From: Macrostomum lignano
Lineage: Eukaryota
Direction of reading: 5' to 3'
Assembly (NCBI GenBank): GCA_002269645.1
Contig: NIVC01001865.1
Coordinates: 1 to 64,000 of the forward strand
DNA length: 64,000 nt
Shown here piece after piece: positions 1 to 9,269 of the stretch (its first letter is position 1; each line of letters opens with the position of its first letter). The notes beneath the pieces are model-generated. The model searched no databases, was not told where the DNA came from, and saw nothing but the letters and a program-made list of their open reading frames with translations. A program made the translations under genes and the position numbers.

Positions 1-2143
1 TCATTGGTGGCACTATTAGAGCAGTTTTACTTTGGGGTTGATACATATAATTTTGATTAAGAAACAGCAATAGGCAGAAAAAAAGACACCTAGGAAAAAA
101 GCACTATTTTCTAATCCTTGCAACCCTTTTGACTTAAAAGTGAATTTATCAATAAAAAAGTATGCTCTGATTTATTGAATTAGTGCTTTAATAAATTTTT
201 GAGAATTATATTTAGATTTAATCAATTTTCTAAGAATGAAGTAGTAGGATAGGAGCATATTTAGGCATTCCTAATCCTGCCTAATGACTTTAATCCTATT
301 TAACCTCTATTGCTCAAGCCTTTATAAGAATGCTACTAGTATAGAACAAAATTGAATATTATTAGTATAGAATAAAAATAGTACTAGCCTAATAAAAAGT
401 AAATTATTTAAATATATACTCAAACATATATTTATATTCATATATGGACTTCAATATGACTAGGGCCTAATATTAGACCTATATGCCTAATATTAAACCT
501 ATATGCCTAATATTAAACCTATATGCTTAGACTAGGCCTAATTCTAGCGCCTAAACTTAAAGTTCAATGATTAAGGCCAAATAATATAAGTACTCATATA
601 GCAATAGCAATGATATTAAAAAAGGAATAAAAAGCTTTATAACTTTGATGATTAGGCCCCCAGTTTAGTAGGGCCTAGTATTAGTAAGATTGAACTAATA
701 GCCCTATTACTTTTATCAAATTTTGTGATAGAAATAGAGGCTTAAACTTTATTATAACATTGATATTAGCCTAGGCCCTACCCTAGTGATAATGATTAAA
801 ATTTAAAATTAAGTCACCTTTACTTTAATTTTTAGGGTTAAGATAGTATAAAAGATTTTCTATAATTATTTAATAACAAATGTCTAACAAAAGTGATAAT
901 ACAAAGTGTATATATTAATTCTTAATTTTTATATTAGGCCTCCTAATTAATTAAGTTTTCATCATTTAATGCTAGGCCCTATAGACAACTGAGGTAGGCC
1001 TACTTGAACCTATAAATCATACAATACAAATTTCTATATACAAATACTACAAAGAAAAATTATATTGTAGCAAATATGTAAGGGCCTAGCAAAATTCTAG
1101 CAATTGTTGCAAGCTGGGGCCTATTGATGCTAGCAAGCAATTTGCTAGTAAAATGCATGGTGTATATTTGCAACACTTTGCAATGATAACTCAATAGATC
1201 ACAAACAATTTTCTAGCAACTGGCAAAAAATTCTCAGAGGGTAATGTCAAAATGCATTTAATTTGATTCTAAAAATGTATACAAAAATAGTAAGTTTCTA
1301 TTTGCAAATCTAACTAATAATTATAGGCCTAAGCAGGTCCACAAATACAAATAGGCCTAGGTCATTTACTTAGGTTAGGGCTTAGGCCCAATGATAGGCC
1401 CAATGCCTGATGCACGTTCTTATGCTAGGCCTAGGTTTAAAAAATCTATAGAATGGAATTAAGGACTAGCCAGGTTAAGATAAAATAATGTCCAAAGGCT
1501 AACTTAAAATCTCGTCTCAGTCTCGCCTTGGCCTTGGGTCTGCTCCAAAATTCCCAAATAAGAGGGGCGAGGAATTAGTTGCTGAATTGGCTAGCCGAGA
1601 TATGGCCTAGGCCTAAGTGAATCCTATTAATAGGCAATAATAATGAGCAACAGCGGCACAGCCATAGAATAATGTGCGGGCCATGGGCCTTTCAAGGACG
1701 ACTTAGTCGTCCTTGGGGCCTTTATGCAATTGCTATGTATCAATGCTCGTTTTATTATAGCCTTGATTCTGATTCTGATGAGTTAGTTCAATTGTTTTTC
1801 GGAAAATCAATTTATCAGAGAGCGACTGAAGGCATAGTAATTGAAAATTATTTTTTAACACTGATAAATTTTTGGAGCAAAGCCAATATTATTTTTTTAA
1901 TGTTTAACTCTCATGTTTAGTTAATACATATTGCGCAATATTTAAATTAGGTTTTTCTTTATTTTGGGTCATACAGCCTTTTCGATACATATAGGTATAT
2001 CCTAATAGTGGCATTCAAAATTACATAGCAGGTGTGGAACATCAAGTAAAAATTAGATAAAAATCAGGGACAACTAATTTCAATTTTTTCTGTGTTAGTA
2101 GATGATAAGTAAAATTCCATGGAACAGGACAAAAAGTTATCGG

Positions 2144-2215
2144 TGGAGGAGCCGGGGTTCGAACCCGGGACTTTTCACATGCAAAGCGAACGCTCTACCT
2201 CTGAGCTACACCCCC
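2144..2215 (-). tRNA. trnA-UGC: tRNA-Ala (anticodon UGC)
   Basis: Reverse complement reads GGGGGTGTAGCTCAGAGGTAGAGCGTTCGCTTTGCATGTGAAAAGTCCCGGGTTCGAACCCCGGCTCCTCCA (72 nt). It has an A box, a B box (GGTTCGAAC), anticodon arm TTCGC-TT-TGC-AT-GTGAA, the G3:U70 Ala identity pair and discriminator A. A T5 Pol III terminator follows (plus-strand aaaaa 2131-2135). Confidence 0.95.
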
Positions 2216-2639
2216 GATACTAAGAATTGAAGCAGTCAAGCTATTTGAACAAGTATTCCCCCGTATCTGTTTATAAGCCTTTATTCAAATAACAAGATTC
2301 GATTGGGACTGGACCCAAAGTAAAATATCAAAGCATGAAACTAGGCTATTCATGGGCATCGAACTATTCCTAATGATTTAGAGCAACAGATTAATAGACA
2401 GAACAAAGAAACTGTCAGTTGTAATTAAATGCGTAACGAGAATTTCCTTCCTTTTAATAATAATATATAATATAAGTTGTAAAAAAATAGCTCGTAAATG
2501 ACGTCGAGTGCTGTTACATTTATATATGTCAAGAAAGCATTTATTTTGCGCCGAGACGCTGACGGACAGGCGATAGAACTTCTGCGATATCAGCCGTTCG
2601 TCTGTCTCCATCTCCAATAGATTATTGGTAATTGATGAC

Positions 2640-4466
2640 GTTGACGTTGACGTTGACGGTTGACGTTCACAAGATCCTCTGGAACTTGTCATGGACGAGC
2701 TGCTCTGCAGCCCGTATCCGGACCCGGTTTAAAATGTCGGCGGCTACTGTAGCTGGACCATCACCCGCGGTCCTCAGAGACCTCCTCCAAGCCTTCATCC
2801 ACCGTGCCGAGCGCTGGGCACACAGCCGCGGTCTCAGGTTCTCTGAGTCTAAAACCGTGGCTATAATTTTTATCAGCAGCCGAAACTGGAGAATTGAACC
2901 GCAAACCCGTTGCCATGGAGAAACAAACCAGATGTCTGGGCGTCACGCCACACGTCCAAACCAAAGCCTGCAAAGCTCTCGCGACTCTCACGCAGATCCG
3001 CAGAGCTTTCGGCGCTACCTGGGGCCTCACCCCCGCCGTGGATTTACACTGCCATCGTGAGACTTTGCCGACTTCATCTGGAACAGTGCCTAGAGGTGAA
3101 AGGGGTTCTTGAAGCTCCTAACAAGGTGCAAGGCCGCACTCGTCGAACCATCATGAGCGCGACTCCCTCTCACCCTTTGCTTGGCATGAACTTCTTCCTG
3201 GACCTTCCCCTTGACCTATTTGTTAGAGGGGAGGCAATGAAGACCCCCCGCGTCTGCTTGACGCGGGTGTCCTCATCCAAAAGCAGTTTGCTTTCAGAAA
3301 GTAAAACCTCTGCGACGGCAGCCTGCGAGACCTGGAAGCAGCGGAAGGCCTGCTGACCCTCTCGGACGGAATCCCGTCTACGCTCTGCCATCCGCTTGAA
3401 TTCAAAACCAGCATTCCACCACGTCATGAGGCAAGGGACAACTGGAAACCCCGTGAAATCCACTGCTTCACTGACGGGTTCCAAATCAACTCCACCTCTG
3501 GCTACGGATACTGCATCGTGTCTGAAGGGAGAACCGTGCATGGTGAATTTCCAGCAGGCACCTGCTCCACCGTTTTCCAAAACAAAGTTCTCGCCATCAG
3601 CTTCTGCGCCATGGAGCCGTACATCAGCGCGTCTGGGGAAGGCGATTACCCTCCACTCGCACAGTCAAGCGGCGATCCACGCCCTTGAGCGCACCACCAC
3701 CTGCTCGCTTACAGTCCTCGACTGCATCGCGCAGCTTAACCGCGCAGCCTCCAACAAGGTGTCCCTAAGGTGGATCCCCGGGCACTCGGGCCACTCCAGC
3801 AACGAGTTGGCCGATCGCCTGGCCAAGACTGGCTCGACCGGTTGTTCTACTGGTCCCCTGCCCGCGCCCCCACCCCTACCGCCGTTGTCACCACTCGGAT
3901 CAACCAGTGGGTGGCTTCAAAGCACAGAGAGAGGTGGGCTAACGCCCCCGACTGCCGACAATCCCGCGAGGCTGTCCCTTGTCCTTCCTTCGCCCTGCGC
4001 AGGGCCCTGCTTGGACTCAACCGCAGGGACATCAGGGCGGTGACCATGGCCCTCTTGAGTCATGGCTGTTTTGTCAGGCATCGTTACCTCCGGTAAAAAA
4101 CCGTAGTGAGGAATGCCCTTTCTGCCTCTCCGGCCGGTGTCGAGACTGCGAAGCATTTAATCTGTGAATGCCCCGCCTTTAATTAGAACAGGCTCACTTA
4201 CCTCGGCCCAAACCCGGACCTCTCCGACTTTTCAGGCCCGAGAATCTCTGACAGCTCGTCCGCTACCTAAGAGCTACCGGGCGAACGACCATCCACCTCC
4301 TGGACTCTCCAGAGGGGGACCGCGCTGCGGACACCGGCACCACCGGATCTCCCTGCGCGACACCGCAGAACTGGCTGCCCGTGGTCGCCAGGGGTTACCG
4401 ACATGGGCGGCAACGCCTCCTCGCTGCATCCGGATGTGGAACCCCTGCAGCTAAGTCAAGTAAGTC
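2640..4466 (+). mobile_element. 5'-truncated, frameshifted non-LTR retrotransposon (RT C-terminus + RNase H + C-terminal Cys/His knuckle; LOA/I-group-like)
   Basis: Consecutive ORF fragments in different frames: RT end (ERWAHSRGLRFSESKTVAIIF), thumb region (RRAFGATWGLTP, WIYTAIVR), RNase H (SHSQAAIHAL...[23 protein letters not shown]), then a decayed knuckle (HG...H, CPFC, ECPAL). The 3' UTR ends in CCCTGCAGC plus a short TAAGTCAAG-type tail at ~4452-4466. Confidence 0.9.
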
Positions 4467-7400
4467 ATGACCGTGCGATGCCGCGAGGTTTCTGGAGTTG
4501 CCCTGTCGGCACAATTCCCAGATTACGAGCTAAGGGTTAAAACACACACACGAGCGAGTCATCAATTCGGCACTGTATCGCCACCCCGGCCTAGTCTGTC
4601 CAAGCGACTTTTTGAGACGTCGACGATACCAGCTAGCAGGCCACACCATCTGCGCCGAGTCGTAGTGCTCACCGCCACGTGTGTAGGATTTGCTGCTGCT
4701 AAAGTGCAGGGACTGAACCTGCGAGGACAGGCGGGCGCTCGGCCGTACTCGGTCGGTAGGCGCGGCATGCGTTCGCGTTCAAGCCAAAAGTCGCGCTCTA
4801 AGAGCCATATGTATCCATTTAAAACGTACGTATATGTGTTTAAAGATGGGCTCTCGAAACGATCATCAAGCGGACAGCTCCACTGGCCTACGCAGTTCGA
4901 GTTGGTGGATTACTCTGGAAAAGACATGTGGATCAACAGCGAAACACTGGACAGAGAATGCAGGAGACAGTGCAACCCAAATTGCTATGGGATACCCGCA
5001 AAACCGAGCAGCGGGCGGAACTACAGAATCAGGCAAGGCTGGAAGGACTAGCGGCTGAGCCGGCGGTTAAAGCAAAGGCTTCTACAAAGGAGACTCCACA
5101 GCAGGAAAAACCTGGATCTGGATACAGGTTGAGAGACAGGACTTTGATAAATCCTCCCATCCTCTCAAATACTCAAGTTTGATATCCTAGTATATATTCT
5201 CCCTTGATCGAATTAATATTCAAGCAAACAACTTTTCACAAGTTAAACTCTGGAAACAAACGCAGAAAAATGGACTGAAGTGCATCAACACATCGCTTCG
5301 GACTTGGTAGTAAATCTACTTAGAAGAAATATGTTTCCTTTTATTTCTCGAATTCTCCATCTCTTAACTGTACATACTTCCGTGACTGCTTAAAACTATA
5401 CGCTCATAAAAAGGCAGTTAATAAAGACTTAAGGGCTTCACAGCGACCCGCTCTCTAAAATCTTGTTCTCTATTGCCATGCATGCCTGCTAAGGTGTAAG
5501 CTTTAACTAGCACAGAGCAACTAACAGTTTTCACTTGTGCATTCCTAGTGCAACTGGAACCGTAGTAGGGTCGTCTATTATTGAAATGACATCTAGAGCT
5601 GCATATGACAGACACAGCGTTTTTCTAAACGAATTTTGCAAATATTTGCCTCTTTGCACAGCGCTGAATGTGGTTTTTCCATAGACAAATTCGGTGGGGG
5701 AAAAATACGTTCTAGCAAACTGTAGAGACAGAAACAACTGTTTCGTTTCCCCGGAACTAGTGATTTTGGAATTTGAAAGTCCAGAAGGTGAGCTATTGGG
5801 AGTTAAGAGCTTGAGAACTGAAAATTTCCCATCTCGCCAATTCATTTCACAGCGAGTGCTGCGCCCTTCTGCTTCAGCTGTCCTTAATCCCTAGTTTGCT
5901 TACAAGAGCTGACTAATTTCTACCCTTAACTCACAAGCAAGTCCAGGCAAGTAATTTGAAGCAGATTGCAAGTTCAAGAAGTGTGGGAAAATTGGAAGGA
6001 ATTTCACTTTCTATGATTTTATGAAGCAGCCCTTAAAACTGTCTCCGTGGCAGTGCAGAAATGTATCTTCCTAAGTTTCATTTTCTGGCTTATTAAAATC
6101 AGAAAGTTTTGTTTCATTTAATGAGACCTCGGAATTCACGACGAAATTGATGCATTTTAGTTTTGAAAAGTTTGTCCCATTTAACTCAAAGGATTCTTAA
6201 TGTTCTTAAAATTTCTTGTTTCACCAAAATGAGAGCCAAGAAGCGCAAGCATTCTTTGGTCGATTGGTCGAGTTGGTCGATTTCCGCTCCGGATTCTTCT
6301 TTTCTAGGGAACTATCTTTCTCTTATTATTGCTAATGTATTTTGCTTGTTCTCGCGTCATTTCATAACCCAGGCAGTCACGCCGGTGAGGCATGCTATAG
6401 AGAAGCAGAAGAATCGTGTTGCAACTCTCCCGTTGTCTCCGAGTCTAACCAATGACAGTGCAGAGATTCGCTTATCTCTCCTCCCTCTGGAGGTGGGGCT
6501 TCGAAAACTAGTCATAGTGCCACCCTGGAGCAGTTGATTTGAGCATTCCAGGCTGGTCCAGATCGGTTAAGTCCTTACGTAGCTGTTTGAGAAATTTTTC
6601 GACTCACCAATACGTAAAATTGAGAAGCTGTTTTGATCTCCGGTTTTGTAATCCAGGCATACCGACACAGAATTAGCGGCAGCTGCTATTTGGCTGAGTA
6701 GGCACCAGTTACCTGACTGACACTGCGTCTGCTCATATAATTCGAAGGTAAGAGACTAATGAATCAACTTTTAGAACTTTTTAGTGCTGAAACAAGCAGG
6801 CTGCGCTCCCGTTGGGGAGCTGTTGACCTATACGTATACAGTCACTATTATTAAGAAACTGTTAAGGATAAAAATGTTTAAAAGGTATCAGCATCCCATT
6901 TGTCTCAAAGCATCTGAGCAACTCCCTTCCAATATTGCAAATAAGTTTTAATGAAATAATATTAGAAAGTATTGCATTATTGTTAATGACGCATAGTTGA
7001 GTAGGCAGCACTGGTAGCTATAGCACAAAAATGAACCCCAATGAGTTTGTAAAATTACCCAAGAATTCAGTGTTTTACTGCATTTATTATCGTAACTTAC
7101 AGCTTAATAGCTATCTTCAGCGGCTCTCCGAACCATAACGGAGTCGAATATAGGTTATAGCGGCTGAGTTCCAAGCAGATTCGAGTCCAATCTGAGCGCA
7201 TTTGACTCGATTCGGACGAAAAACTCGCGAGGCGTGGTCTCGAATGCAGGGCTGGCTTTGAAGTTTTAGCGATAAGGCCACGCGCACTCGGTCATATCCG
7301 AGCGGAGCAAGATTTGGCTCAGAGGGCCCTGCTGGTATCTCTGCGAGAGAGGAGGGAGGGGCGGCTCTCGTGTCTTATCTTTTGAGGGGCCGCTCTTGGC

Positions 7401-7894
7401 TTAATACACGCGCATTATTTAGGTGTAATGACGCGTTGTATAGAGCAGAAATGTGCTCGATTCAACCTAATATGAGTAGATTAGTGAGCAAATGTATCAT
7501 GTTCTTCAACCATGGCCCTCCACTCCACCTCGCTATATTTAATATTTTAGGTAGCTAATGGGTTCCGACCTTCGATGAGTTCGAAGGCCAATTGTAGCCG
7601 CTGAAAAGCAGTTTATAAGATTTTAATTTACCAATTTTTCTGTAGCTTAAAACGGCTACTCGACCCTAGTTTTTGCCATAGGTTTTTTCCTAAATAAGTA
7701 TACAAAATGATATAATGATTTAAAATGTTTTTTTAGTTTTTTATATCTGTAGATTACAATTTCATGATTGCATGTATGAGGTTTATAAGCATCAAAGCAA
7801 TAAATAGGCTTTATAGTAATTAAGTAGCATCCATGAATAAGAAATATTCAACTATCTCCTAATTGCAGCGCCATTGGCTAGACTGCAAGCAAAA

Positions 7895-8130
7895 ATGACC
7901 GAAGGCAAAGAACAACATCATCATCAAGGACAAGATTACCAAGTTCTATCGCTTTGCCTACAGCCGGAATAATCGCACCCTGTCCTGCCTGCGCATCATT
8001 CTGTTCTACATCGCATTCTACGCCCGACTGACCGCCGTCTTCACCGTTCGTGCTGCTCCATGGCGTAGTGGACGACTCGCAGCCCCAAGCTGACTGACGC
8101 TCAGTCTCCGCCCAGCATGCAGTTACTACA
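7895..8130 (+). pseudogene. Decayed paralogous fragment of a Na+/K+-ATPase beta subunit (N-terminus/TM)
   Basis: Joining three frameshifts gives MTEGK/KNNIIIKDKITKFYRFAYSRNNRTLSCLRIILFYIAFYARLTAVFT/FVLLHGVVDDSQP/KLTDAQS. This aligns to the neighbouring gene (FSFMYDS...SWLLITIFYTIYYACLAGFF...FLFGVIQDERPHLTGDQS). Confidence 0.75.
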
Positions 8131-8153
8131 GGCCGTGCACGGCGGTTAACAGC

Positions 8154-8297
8154 AGTCAACCAGGTTGAATAAGTAGTCAACCAGGTTGAATAAGTAGTCA
8201 ACCAGGTTGAATAAGCAGTCAACCAGGTTGAATAAGTAGTCAACCAGGTTGAATAAGTAGTCAACCAGGTTGAATAAGTAGTCAACCAGGTTGAATT
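8154..8297. repeat. 21-bp minisatellite, 7 units (AGTCAACCAGGTTGAATAAGT) with palindromic core
   Basis: Directly visible. Core TCAACC-A-GGTTGA is an odd-length palindrome. Confidence 0.95.
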
Positions 8298-8321
8298 TTC
8301 GATAAGACTACTGTATGTACG

Positions 8322-8607
8322 AGCTCGTAGCCTTGGATTCACGACTGAAAGGTCGGGGGTTCGATTCTCGATCCACTCGGAACAATTTGTGTCCTTGAGC
8401 AAGACACTTAACTCTGCGTTACTTCAGTTCACCCAGCTGTAAAATGGGTGCCAGCATTAGCTGGGGTAATTGAGGCTGTGTGTGGCGACCCCCCCTTAGT
8501 CATTGGACTGGACAGCCGTACGCAGCATTCAGATGCGCCGAGCAATAGCTGCGGCTGAGCTGTCGGTTGCACATCTGGCTCAACTGGGGCAGGTGTAATC
8601 AATTATT
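8322..8607 (+). mobile_element. tRNA-derived CORE-type SINE, copy 1 (A-box region partly deleted)
   Basis: B box GGTTCGATTC; central GTGTCCTTGAGCAAGACACTTAAC...CAGCTGTAAAATGGG resembles the MIR/CORE domain; ends TGTAATCAATTATT. Homologous to 36765-37035 and 56093-56361. Confidence 0.85.
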
Positions 8608-9269
8608 TTTATTATGGTATAGCACAGCTTCTATACATTCAAGCAGCTTTAAAGAGTACTTAACAACAGGTATTGTGTTATGGATTGCTATCCCAATTCA
8701 ATCGTCTTCATGTAGTACCTTTCGATAAAACTTTTTCTGTTAAAATCAGAAATCTTCATATGCCTGATTGTAATGATTTAAACAATAATTGCAACACTAT
8801 ACGCTTGTACGAGTATATATAGTCATTAGAGTCATTGCGGCAACATGAAGCGAATGCTGCATGGAGAGCAGAATATCAACATGGTGTATTTTTTACTTTT
8901 CTGCGCTATTTTATACTCATTTCAAGAATCTCATCCGTAGAATGAAATCACAGCTGTGAATAACTTTATTAATTTACTGTTGTTCCAGCCTCCCTGTGCT
9001 CTCTTGCTCTTTGTTTAGTAGGTATGGAATTGTGCCAATTTTGAGCTATATATTGATGCAGTTATATTTCAGAAATAAAGCAAATGACCTATTGTCTTTG
9101 CCCACCTCTCTTTTTTACTTTATTGTGGTTTGGAGTTTATGCAAACGCGTCGTGTTTCATTTTCTTAATTTTACAAAGGAATAGCATGTTAGCGTATTGT
9201 TATTGTTTCGTCATCAGTTTCAACGCTTCAATCCTGTGTGTCATTCCAGCTTCTCCTCTGACAAACGGA

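Noticed and set aside
2635-4471. ATGAC target-site duplication around the LINE
   Set aside because: Only 5 bp and adjacent to a (GACGTT)n stutter; easily chance.
6600-6755. Promoter and non-coding first exon (CCAAT at ~6606, AG|GTAAG at ~6748)
   Set aside because: Short motifs that occur often by chance; no transcript evidence.
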